Assembly (NCBI RefSeq): GCF_000143415.4
Contig: NW_003314360.1
Coordinates: forward strand, 488,595-552,594
Length of the DNA stretch: 64,000 nucleotides
Source of the DNA: Selaginella moellendorffii
Lineage: Eukaryota; Plantae; Lycopodiophyta
Direction of reading: 5' to 3'
Positions 21,539 to 32,620 of this stretch are shown piece by piece. The notes beneath the pieces were generated by a model, which saw nothing but the letters and a program-made list of their open reading frames with translations, was not told the DNA's origin and made no database searches. The position numbers were made by a program, and so were the translations under genes. Within the stretch, counting starts at the first letter, position 1, and each line of letters opens with the position of its first letter.

Positions 21539-23871
21539 TCACTCTTTCTTGGGGACTCTCGACTTGTACAAACAAATGTAGGCTGTGTGCCAGTCCCCTG
21601 TGACAACCCAATTAGTGGCGTCTTGTTTTCGGAAGCTCACTCACCTCCTCCAGAGAGTTTTGTAATGTCTTCCTCCCGTTGTGGAATTGGGCGATCGTCG
21701 TCAAACTCGATCCATTTCCCTGAAACATTTAAAAAACACAAGTTTACCACAGACAAGTCCGGTATCTCTTGCCATTTTCTTGTTTGACCCAAGCCACATA
21801 GTGCCCCGAGTCGGCACTCCGTCCCTTGTGCGTCAAAACAGCCACCAAGTCGTATATGCCTGACAGTAAATAATTCTTGTGAGCAATTCCTTTGATTTTC
21901 ACCCCCTTCTCACCTGTTGGACTCCCTTGCTCAGTGGTAGACCAATCCTGTGCATGAGAGAGGTTAGGTAACTCCGATGCTGATAGTTCCAAAAAGAAAA
22001 AGAGGGAAGGTTTACCATAGACGAAGGCGCTGGTCCATCTTCAATCTTTCTCTTACCTTTAAGTCCAGCTTCTCTGTCCTCTTGTTCTCTCAAAAGCTGT
22101 AAATGAACGGACAAGGATGTTAAACGACATGCAAGCAGAATCGCAAATACCTCGCGTGGTGCCTTCAGTTCATTTTTTAATTCCTCCGAGCAAAAACCCA
22201 TGACATCCAAAACTAATGGATAATCGACTTTCTGCACGTTAAAAGGGCATTTCCTTTGAAGCAAATGTCTAAAACCAAAACTTACCCTCAAGATCTTTGC
22301 TTTCTGTTTCGTTTCCCGTTTCCAGAAGAAACGAACAAACTGCACAGTCAAGTATCTGAACAAAACAGTGCACATTAGAGCAATTGATAAATCATAAAAC
22401 CCACGTACTGAGGAAGACGCGTGATAACGGATTCCTTGCTGTGAACTGCAGATCTACCCAAAGAAGGCGACGTTTTCTCGAGCTCGGATTTTAGCCCCTG
22501 CAAACGGACAGCGCAGTGTTCGCTAGCTGTTTCTTCAAGTAATGCGAACCTGTTTCAAGCCTTCGTTAAGATGATTGACGTCCTGTGAAATGTGGCACTT
22601 TAAAGAGTAGACAGTTTCAGCTTCTTCGGTCTCCTCTTCAGTTTCAGCGCACTTGATTCTGAAAAAAGAACAAAATCACATGTGTATCCGAACATGTCAT
22701 GTCAGAAAATGACTCACCTGCTTGAGATGTCTACACCAAACAGATTCTTTAGTGTCGCCTCCCTGGTAGAGAAATTAAGAAATACCACATCAGTCAGTGA
22801 CAAGTAAACGCGGACCTGGTCTCTCCAGAAGATGGCCGCAAACGCTGAGAAAGTGTATACACGAGTTGCGTCCAGCATTCTTCCGCATCCTGCTGCATGT
22901 AAGCTCCATTGTTGGCTTGTTGAGCGAACTGTGGAAACTTGCTTCGCAACAGCTACAATAGGAGCCATGAGTATATCAAGGAGCAACGTAGCAATGCTAG
23001 AGTACCGTCCAGAAGCGGAGAGGAGCCACGGCCCTGTGGCTGCTGTCAAGCTCGCCAAAGAGGTCACGCGCCGCAAGCGTTAGAGTGTGTGATGACGGGT
23101 CCATGTCAGTCCCCGCTCCCGCGGAGTAGCTGCAAGCATACACATCACAAAGTCGTCGTAAGTACCGGTGTTGAGTAAAAGACCAAAACCAACCTTTTCA
23201 GAGCGGATCTTAGCTCCGGAACGGAATGGAGGCACTGAATGGTTGAGTTCATGTAGCACGTATTGCCCAGGTTCATCAATCCTGCTGTGAATCCCTTTAG
23301 TAAGGGAGATAAGTTTCCAAGACGAATGGCGATGATTACTTTTTGTGTCGAAAGAAAAAGGAGATGAGATAAGCAAAACCACCAACCTGTTCGATCACTC
23401 CTTGCTCGTTCTCGGGCAAATCTTCCACAAACAGTGTGCTCTTTTCCGGAGCTTTGGGAGCTTCTTCGGCAGTTCCCATCATCATCAATCGCTGTCCCTG
23501 AGGAAAAGAAATGGCCAGAGTCACAGACATAAAAGTCGTAACGCTACCTCCTTCACAGCAAGCTTGCTCCAATCTCCATCGTCCTTTATTGACACCAACA
23601 AAGAGCTCAGCAAGCCTGAGAGAACGAGAAATAGAGTGAAGCGCAGCTTACCTTGAGCAGGCCGCCCTTGACCATGATCTTCTGCCTGTCTGGAGGAACT
23701 CCGGTGAGATCGAAGAGCTGGCATTTGAAAACGTAGGGCGGTTGCTCCGTGTCGATCTCCACAGAGGGGAACAGCTCCTTCTGCCACTTGACACTGACGG
23801 TAACTGCGCAGGGAAATGACGAGAGTGAGCGAGCGAGTGAGAGCGCGAGCGCGAAATCGACCTGACGGCAT
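21539..23871 (-). CDS. UBP6: Ubiquitin-specific protease UBP6/USP14 (multi-exon)
   Basis: UBL VSVKWQKE..FKCQLFDLTGVPPDRQKIMVKGG; Cys box GLMNLGNTCYMNS; QQDAEEC; His box LTHKGRSADSGHYVAW; GGGDWHTAY. Confidence 0.95.
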
Positions 23872-23984
23872 TGTCACGAAGAACCCTAAATTCTGGGGAA
23901 TTAGGTCGACAAGTTTGCTCGAGGTAAAAACTTTAAGGATGGAGCGCATTTGGATCTAGCGGTTCTAGACGGGCATGGCATCGC

Positions 23985-26285
23985 ATGGACAATGGGCTGG
24001 CCTCTGCGATTAGATCGTGTCGAGATTTGGATCAGGCCAGGCAGCTCCACAGGCAATGGGAGCGAGCAAAGGAATCGAGCGGGAGCCTCTATCTGGGAAA
24101 TCTCCTCATCGAAACATATGGCAAATGCGGGCATCCCGAGTGTTCCCGCAATGTTTTCGACAGTCTCCGGCTGCCCAACACCTTCTCTTGGAACCTCCTC
24201 ATCTCTGCCTACGCTCGCAATGGATTCCTCCATGAGGCCCAAGAACTCTTTGCGGCGATGTCGCCCCGGAGCTTGGTGGCGGCAAACGTGATGATCACCG
24301 CATATGCCCGAAAGGGGCACGTCATAGATGCAAAGAATGTCTATGATTCTATGCTGGAGCACAGCTCCATTTCGTGGAGTGCTATGATCACAGCCTTTGT
24401 GTCAACTGGGAATATAGGCGACGCCTGCGATCTCTTACAAGCTTTGCCAGAGAGGGATATTACGTGCTCAAACTTAGTCATTGCGGCATATGCCCAAGCA
24501 GGGCATTTGCCTCAAGCCAAGCGCTTGTTTGACGAGATGCGCCACCGTGAGATGGCAACTTGGAACGCAATGCTCGAGGCACTCGCTGGTGCCAGAGACG
24601 ACGTGATCGAAATGGAGAGATTTTTCGAGACGATGATGCCGGGGTGGAGCGCTGCGTCTTTGACAATACTAGTGACTGCACTGGCTCGCCATGGCCGCCT
24701 TGACGAGGCTCGAGTAGCATTCGAGACAAGGCCACAGCTACACGACCTTGTCTCGTGGACGGCACTGCTTGCAGGCTTCGCTCTCCATGGCGATGGGGAT
24801 GACGATATCCAAGAGTGCGAGACCATCTTCTTCCACAAAATGCCCCTCCACAACCACGTTACTTGGACCATGATGCTCGCAGCCTACGCCAGGCACACGG
24901 ATCTCTCGCGAAGGGCGTCCGAGTTCTTCCACGAAAACTTGCCGCAGCACTCCATCGCGTCGAGCAACACCGCTATGGCAATCCACGTCCAGGCCGGGAA
25001 GATGGACCGGGCTCGCGCGCTGTTTGATGGAATGGAGCTGCGAGACGTCGAGACGTGGGATCTTCTTCTCAGGGCCACGCCAGCTGACGAGGTGAATCGA
25101 GTGTTCGAGAGAGTGCCCGAGCACACTCCACTGTCGTGGGCTACCAGGATCACAGCAACCGTGACGAGTCGCCATCTCGAGAACGCTCTTGCCATGCTCG
25201 ACAGCCTGCCCGACCACCACCATCTCGAATCGTGGACGAAGCTTATGAAGTGCTTTGGCGAGCAGGGATTCTTGGAGACCGCCAAGGCAATCTTCGAGAC
25301 GCGAATGCCCGTGCACGACCGAGTCTCGTCCACGGTGATGCTGATGTCGTATGCCCGGCACGGGCATTTCGTCCAAGCAAAGGAGATGTTGCAAAGCTTG
25401 CCGGATAAAGACATGGAGTCGTGGAACTCCCTGCTCCACGTCAACGTGGCGGACGAAGCCTTGAAAGTTTTCCAGAGGATGCCTGCTCGAGACGTGGTTT
25501 CGTGGACGAGCATGCTTACGTCCTACGTCCAAGCAGGTCGAGCGGAAGAAGCTCTCCATCTCTATCGTTGCATGAACCTCGAAGGCGAACGGATCAACAG
25601 AGTCACCCTGGTGGCGGCCATCGATGCCTGCGCCGATGCTGCTGCCATAGCCGACGGACAAGCCATTCACTTCGGTTACGCTGCACACGACCACTACTGC
25701 TGGCCTGACACCAAACGTGACGCTCGAGTAGAGAATTCGCTGCTGAGTATGTATGGACGATGCGGGAGCTTGGCACAGGCCACGGCTCTGTTCGTCGAGA
25801 TGCGCGAGAGAAGAGACTTGGTGTCGTGGAACACCATGATCACAGCATACGCGCAGCGGCAGAGCCGATCAAACACCTCTGCTGCGCTTGAGGTGTTCCA
25901 GCGGATGAACCAACAAGGTGTCCTTCCCAACGACATCACTTTCACTGCGCTGCTGTGTGCTTGCAGCCGCTCCGGATGGCTTGACGCTGCCTGGAGCTTG
26001 TTCCGCACTATGATCGCCGACTTCGGCCTCGAAGCTTCCACGCGTCACATCGTTTGCATGGTCGATCTGCTCGGACGAGCGGGAAGGCTAGATGATGCGG
26101 AGAGAGCGATCCGCGGAGCGTCACTGGCCGAGCTCGGTGTTGCTTGGAGAACGCTTCTCGCTGCCTCGGAGGTGCACGGTAACGCAAACACTGGAGCACG
26201 GGCTGCAAAGCTCGCAGCCTCGTCGGCTTGTTCTTCCCGTTCTCAGGCCTACGTACTGCTATCCAACTTACTGACCACGTCCTAA
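23985..26285 (+). CDS. PLS-class pentatricopeptide repeat protein with E domain
   Basis: YGKCG, SWN.LISAYA, LLSMYGRCGSL, ITFTALLCACS, CMVDLLGRAGRL, AWRTLL..S.VHG. Confidence 0.92.
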   Translation: MDNGLASAIRSCRDLDQARQLHRQWERAKESSGSLYLGNLLIETYGKCGHPECSRNVFDSLRLPNTFSWNLLISAYARNGFLHEAQELFAAMSPRSLVAANVMITAYARKGHVIDAKNVYDSMLEHSSISWSAMITAFVSTGNIGDACDLLQALPERDITCSNLVIAAYAQAGHLPQAKRLFDEMRHREMATWNAMLEALAGARDDVIEMERFFETMMPGWSAASLTILVTALARHGRLDEARVAFETRPQLHDLVSWTALLAGFALHGDGDDDIQECETIFFHKMPLHNHVTWTMMLAAYARHTDLSRRASEFFHENLPQHSIASSNTAMAIHVQAGKMDRARALFDGMELRDVETWDLLLRATPADEVNRVFERVPEHTPLSWATRITATVTSRHLENALAMLDSLPDHHHLESWTKLMKCFGEQGFLETAKAIFETRMPVHDRVSSTVMLMSYARHGHFVQAKEMLQSLPDKDMESWNSLLHVNVADEALKVFQRMPARDVVSWTSMLTSYVQAGRAEEALHLYRCMNLEGERINRVTLVAAIDACADAAAIADGQAIHFGYAAHDHYCWPDTKRDARVENSLLSMYGRCGSLAQATALFVEMRERRDLVSWNTMITAYAQRQSRSNTSAALEVFQRMNQQGVLPNDITFTALLCACSRSGWLDAAWSLFRTMIADFGLEASTRHIVCMVDLLGRAGRLDDAERAIRGASLAELGVAWRTLLAASEVHGNANTGARAAKLAASSACSSRSQAYVLLSNLLTTS

Positions 26286-26378
26286 GCTCGTCGAACGACT
26301 GAATTTATACATACCGAAACGTATATAGATACAAGTGTTGCCGCCGCCGCCGCCGCTGCTGCTCGATGCTCGATCGAA

Positions 26379-27373
26379 TCAAGTCAAGCACGCGGCAACA
26401 AGCGTGCCCCTGAGAACCAAGTAGTATCTCACCCACGTAAATCGCTCCATGTAGTACGAAGGCGTGGGAGTTTGTGCTGCTCCCACCACCAAGTCGAGCA
26501 CTCCAGGGGCCTTAAACTTTGTAGGAGTGTTCGTGGCGAGGTTGTCCACCTTGTGCTCGTAGATGAGACCGTCCGAATCCAGCTTGTACTCGGAGGTGCC
26601 GTCGAATTGACCACGAGCTTCCCACGGCACCCTTGGAATCCCATACACTGTCCATCTCACCATGATCACCTTGTCCCGTGGCTGCCAGATGCGCTGGATC
26701 TCTATCCATATCGCCTTGAAGAAAATGCGGCCATAGAACCTGAGCCCCCAGAACATGAGCTTGTAGTTTGCAATGCCACTGAAAGTGATGAGCGGATCCC
26801 GGAATGTGATGTCGTCCCTGGAAATAGCCCGAGTAAGAAATCGATCGTTCTTGCCCACTCCAAGCAAAGGTTTTCTTTCTTGCTCACTTACCTGTAGATG
26901 TCGAAAGTCGGTGGCTTGTAGAACATCCCGGGGAGCTCGTCTCTCAAGCTCCGGATCGCATAGCCTACGTTGACGTGATAATCGTCTCCCTGCTTCTGCT
27001 GCTGCCGCCGCTTCTTCTCTTTTTGCTCTGGAGGAGGCACCTCCACGGCATAGCTCAGCAAGCTTCTCTTGTGGCTATCCAAGTCGTCCTCGTCGAGAAT
27101 TGGGATGGTGCCACCCGGCACAAGAGGCCATCCCACGGGCGGCCGCCATTCCCCATTCTTGCTCCTGCCCTGCCTCTCTTCCACTACATTGCTGCATTCT
27201 ATCCTGGATTCTCTGATTCTAGCGTCCAATGAGTACCTTCTCGACGCTGCCGCTCTGCTGCTGCCGCTGCTACTGCTGCTGGAGACGCAGTCGTGAGCGC
27301 CATCGCTGGACGCGGCGCTGCGCTGATGCGGCGATGCCGCCGCCACAAAGCTGTGCAAGAAAATGCACGCCAT
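26379..27373 (-). CDS. DUF2358/SnoaL-like conserved protein (2 exons, likely plastid-targeted)
   Basis: NVGYAIRSLRDELP..FDIYR|DDITFRDP...VRWTVYGIPRVPWEARGQFDGTSEYKLD..GLIYEHKVDN. Confidence 0.88.
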
Positions 27374-27974
27374 TGTGCTAGCCCTAATCCACCCCGAGCA
27401 TATTCGTTCCCGGATGTCCCGGAAGAGCCCTAATCTGTGATGGAGGGGAATGGAGGCGATATTTCACGCACTCCCAGTGTTTTGAGCAGCCAAATAGAAG
27501 AAGGGTCTTGTTTGTGCATAGATGAGTGAATCCAGGTACTGTTTGTTCACTGCTTCCTGGGTCTTTTAATTTTGTAGTAGCTCCTTTTTTAAAAGGTAAT
27601 GCATGGCTTATTTCCTTTGTTTGCTTCTCATCTCATATGAATACTTGTATCATCCTTCACGTCCTTATTTGTGATGGAGTGGCCTCTATGCTTCTCAAGG
27701 AAGAAGTTGATGCACTTGAAAACGGATTCTTCGTCTTCAAACGAGATGCTTTATGGATTGAGCATTCATTCCTGAAGCTGGTGAGCTTGCAAGAGCCTTG
27801 ATATATCAGCCGTGTTGATGTTGTCTCAGAGTCAAGGAGCCTCCGCAAAGGAAGGCATGTACACTGCTTGATAATGCTGATCCAGCCTAATTCTTTGCTT
27901 CTTTCAGACACATGCAAGAGGAGCACACGCCAATCATCGGAACCAGATGATTGATATTGAGCTGCATAGGGCGG

Positions 27975-28640
27975 ATTATGATTTACTTCGAGTCGATGGC
28001 CGCGGCTTCAAAAAGTGAGTGGAGGAACGGAAGCTTCCGACGTTCTCGAAGAGGCATGGGTTTGAGAAGCCGAATGATGAGCGAGCCTCGCAGCTAATGG
28101 ATGAATGTGCCAAAACAGGACTAATGGGATCAGGGATGAGTACAGTTTCATCATTCGCAAGAATTCATGTCAACAAGCAGTGTAAACGCTTGGGCTTATA
28201 GACATATGGGACCTTACATACTTTGGCTTGCAGATCTAAGATCGTTTCATTACTCACAGGAACATATGTATTGCGTTGGTGCAAGTTCTTCCCCAAGAAA
28301 AAGTTCAGCACCTGTCTTTGATGCAAGAGCAGTCTGCTACCCAACAGATTCAATACTTCGAGACTAACTGGCATGGCGTCAACTGGACTGCAAACCCTTA
28401 TGCGAACTTCATCAACTACTGTTCTTTGGTTCAAGTCACATCAAACATGCTTCTGGATGCTCGCGGGAGCTGGGACTGGATTCAAGTACGGCCCACAGCA
28501 AACTGAAGGTAGTGAAGATTCATCTCATGATACTACTGCAGAATGACCATCTTGAATGATTTCGCAGGGAACGAGGTCGAGCCACAAGCAGGAGCTCTTA
28601 CAGTGAACTTCCTGCAAAATACCGCAAAGGACTTGGATTA
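27975..28640 (+). pseudogene. THG1: tRNA-His guanylyltransferase (THG1) pseudogene
   Basis: Fragments LRVDGRGF, FSKRHGFEKPNDERA, DEYSF, W.KFFP, FDARAVCYPTDSILRD*LAWRQLDC and YRKG, with a frameshift and a premature TAA. Confidence 0.8.
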
Positions 28641-28695
28641 GCTTATGCCTGTCAAATTGAGAGTCCCTACACTGTGCTCTTTAAATCGTGCCCTG

Positions 28696-31133
28696 CTACC
28701 AGTAGTCTCTGCACGAGCACAGGCCATCTTCAAAGAGATGAGCCCTGCTCCCATCTCTCACACTGATCTTGCGCTGGAACAGCATGGACACGTACTTGAT
28801 CACGGCATGGCAGTCAGCACACATCCGGTGCTTGCTACAAATGCGCATCATCGCGTCCCGAGGTAGTTTGATCACACCAAACGCCACAGCCAGCCTCTCG
28901 CTGTGGTGTCTCTCGGCTTCCACCTTCCCTCTGATCAATCCCTCGCTGCTAGCCTTGAAAATGTAGCCAACGCTCGTCATCCTCAACCGCATTCGCTCCA
29001 GGAACCTCTCGAGCTTGCGAGACATGGTGTGGTTCTTCCTCGAATGGCCTTCGAGAAACCTGTAAACTTTGCCGTGGATCTCGATGAAGCTCGACTGCCG
29101 CTGCTTGTACCGCCTCATCTTGGCGATCATCTCCTCGGCCTTGGCACGCATCCCATCCTCCACGTACATGTTTGCAAGGATCTCGTAGGGGAGGTGGTCC
29201 TTGCTATCCAGCTTGAGCATCTCCCTCGCCGCTCTCCTTGCTCGCGGGAGATCCTTGTGAACTTCGCTAGCCGTCAGCAAGCTCAGCCAGTCGAGCCGCC
29301 CTGGATGAAACGGCGAGTGATTGACGAGATCCTCCACCTTGGCGACTCGGCCTTGCCGTCCCAGCAGCTGCATCACCATTCTCAGGTGCTCCACTCGAGG
29401 CCGGATGTTAAAGTCGGTGATCATCGAGTGGTACAAGCTCCGGCACTCTCCGAGCCTCCCTTTGTGGCTTGAGCCCGCGAGGAGCGCGGTGAAGGTCTCA
29501 GCATGAGGTAGCAATCCTTCCAAGTTCAAGCTGTGATACAGCTCCGCAGCTCCAGTGACAAAGCCGTGATCGGCAAATGCCGAGATGAGCGTCGTGTACC
29601 TCGTCGTTGTCTTGTACGCCATCCCCTCAATCTTGTCCCTGGCAACCTCCAAGAGCATGCACTTGCCGTAGAAGTTGGCGAGCGCCAGCTCCAGAACGTC
29701 CTTGACTTGGATTGCCGACTTCGCGAGCTCGAGCACCCGGGATCCATACTCGAGAGCCACGAGACCGGCGCAAGCGTCGATGGCTGCCACGATCGTAAAC
29801 TTGTCGGGCGAGGTCCCGTCTTGCACCATCCGCTCGAAGAAGTGGAGGGCCTCGTACGAGTCACCGCGCCTGGCGTAGGCCGTGATGATCGAGTTCCAAG
29901 TGTAGGCGTTCTTGGCGGGGATCCTCTCGAAGAGCCGGGTGGCCGTCTCCATCCGGTTGCACATCGCGTACATGTGAACCACCGCGGTCCCGGCACAAAC
30001 ATCCGACTCCAGCCCCGCCAACAGGACCTGCTGGTGGATCACACTCCCGTAGAGCAGCTCCGCCGAGTTTGCGCAAGCGTCGAGAGCAGCCACCAAGCTC
30101 GCTCGATCCTGGACGCCGCCCTCGAGCTGCATCATCCGGTGGAGCACCACTCCTTCCACCGGAGCTCCACTTCGAGTGAGCGCGACGATGAGCTGCGTCC
30201 AAGTCACGCTGCTCTTGCAGGCCATGGCGTGGAAGACTCTGGCGGCCGCGTCGAGCTGGTCGAAGGCGTAGTACATGGCGATGAGAGCGTTCCCCAGGAT
30301 GGTATCGCGGGTGGCGTAGCCCCGAGACGCGGCCAGCTCGTGGAGAAGCCGCCCGGCTTTGACACTCCTCTTCTGGAGGCTGAGAGCCGCGACGCTGGCA
30401 CAGGCATTCACCGCGTGAGTGAAGGTGACGGCGTTTGGTTCTTGGCCCTGGAGCAGCATCCTCCGGAAGAGTCGAAGAGTCTCGAGTCCAAACTCCACTC
30501 TTTGGAAGCCGTGAGGGAGGAGCTTGTCCTTGGAGCGCAGCACCAGAGCTCCCAGCATGAAGTTCCAGGCGATCACGTCCTTCCTCTCCATTCTCTCAAA
30601 CACGGCATAGGCCTGCTCGGTGTCCCTGCATTTGCCATACATGTCGATCAGCTGCGTAGCGATTAGAACGTGAGAATCCACACCTGGTTCTGAGAGTTCT
30701 TGCTGGTGGAGCTGGCTTCCTCCCTCCAGATCTCCCTTGCTTGCGCAGTCTCTCAAGGTGGACATTCGATGCTGGTATTGCTCCAGAGTCATGTTGAGTT
30801 GCTTGAGATCATCCTTGCCTGGTCGTCGGGAAGTGCTGCTGGGTTTTGCAACTTTGGAGATCTCCTTCTTCTCCTGGCTGGGCTTTGCAACTTTGGAGAT
30901 CTCCTTCTTCTCCAGCTCCTTTCTTTTGTTTGCTTTCGAATCAGGTGCTTTCTTCCTGGCTTGTTCTTCCGCAGCATTCCTTCGTTTCATCTTCTTTCCT
31001 TTGGGCACCACAGGAGCGGCGGGCAAAGTGGACAGGGATCCAAACAAGCGCACGACGATCCTGGAAAGATTGTTGGAGTGAAACAATGTGAATCGCTAGC
31101 GAGCGCGAGCACTTACCTGTGATGCCTGGTCAT
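28696..31133 (-). CDS. PLS-DYW PPR protein (C-to-U RNA editing factor)
   Basis: PPR motifs, HHSERLA, RMCADCH, terminal CSCRDYW. ATG 31133 joins in frame through intron 31061-31116. The N-terminal region contains EKKEISKVAKPS twice. Confidence 0.93.
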
Positions 31134-31187
31134 GCTCAAACAAAGTCCTCACGGAAGAACCCTAATCCTATTCTCTTCTTGTTTACA

Positions 31188-32228
31188 ATGCATGGACGAC
31201 CGAGGACGCGGGCCACTGCGGCAGCTGACAAGGAAAGCGAAGCCAAGGCCGAGCGCTTCGAATTGCTTCTCTCTGCGGTACTGAGGAATCACCAGCAGCG
31301 ATGGTAAGATCGGTGAGCCTGGATCGATCGATTGATTTACTCTAGCTTGTTTCTTTCCAGTTACACCAAAGAGGCTCTAGAAGAGAACGCCCGGCTGGTG
31401 GAGCTCAATCCAGAGGTTTACACTGCTTGGAACTTCCGGAAGCTCGCCCTCAAGAGTCTCTTGGATGCCGAACCCGACGAGGATTCTCGCAAGGATCTCG
31501 TCAAACAAGAGCTCAAAGTGGTATGAAATGAAATCTTTCGTTCCTCCTCTTCGTATGTCTCACGAGAGCCGAGCTTTCTTTTGTAGACCGAGAACGCGTT
31601 GCGAGCACACATAAAGTCGTATTCTGCGTGGCACCACAGGAAATGGGTGATTGCTCTCGGTCTTTCATCTCTGGACGACGAATTGGATCTGCTAGCGCAG
31701 CTCTTCAAAGTAGACGCTCGCAACTTCAATGCCTGGAGCTACCGCAGGTTAAAGTGACAACGTTGTCTTTGTCTTGTCTCTCACTCGCGATCTCTCTCTC
31801 TTTTTTCTTCCAACAGGTACATCGTGGGTCTCATGGGCGTTCCCGTGCAACAAGAGCTCGACTACACCATGACCCTACTCAACAAAAACTTTAGCAACTA
31901 TTCCGCTTGGCACAATCGCAGGTTGGTTTTCTCGCTACAAGCAGAGCGCTGATATTCTATGGTTTGCAGTGCGTTGCTGCTGGAGCTCTTCAAGGAGATA
32001 AAAGACGAGCAGGGCAAGGAGTCGATTCTCTCGGAGGAATTTGAGCTTGTGAAACAGGCCTTATACACAGATCCGTGTGATCAGAGTGGCTGGTTCTACC
32101 ATAGCTGGCTCCTGGGCCACTCTTCCAAACAAGATAGGCTCGGGACAGAGATCGATATGTGCAGGGACCTGCTAGAAACCGAGGAAGACGCAAGGTAACT
32201 CCAAGCTAGATCTTTGCTCCTTTGAAGT

Positions 32229-32266
<38 letters not shown>

Positions 32267-32532
32267 GGGTGCAGTGACTGGGCCAGGAACACCCTCGGAG
32301 AAGAAAGGTGAGTTCTAACCTTCCGCGTTCGCGTGTTCTAAGCTTGTGCTGCAACAGTAAGTTTCCTCGGTTGACACTCGCACGGCTGCTAAGCTCGGCC
32401 CCTGGAGTTGACAAAGCCGAAGTGGTCTCGCTCTACGACCGACTGGTGCGAACGGACCCTCCACACGCAGCGTATTACAAAGACATGTTGCAAAAGAGTC
32501 GAACAACAGAGGAAGAAGCTCGTGTCCTGTGA
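31188..32532 (+). CDS. RGTA: Rab geranylgeranyltransferase alpha subunit (short form)
   Basis: MHGRPR start; PPTA repeats NPEVYTAWNFRK, KSYSAWHHRKW, DARNFNAWSYR, NFSNYSAWHNR, DPCDQSGWFYH. Confidence 0.92.
32232..32263. repeat. (CT)n microsatellite in an RGTA intron
   Basis: Uninterrupted CT run. Confidence 0.9.
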
Positions 32533-32620
32533 TACAACTTCCGAAGAATGTGAGTTACAAAATGGTATCTTTAGTGATCTGTGTTGTCAGAGCCCTCGGT
32601 CGAAGAAGTAACCGGAAGAG

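Noticed and set aside
24738-30666. Long antisense ORFs within the PPR genes (318 aa, 377 aa)
   Set aside because: GC3-driven shadow frames.
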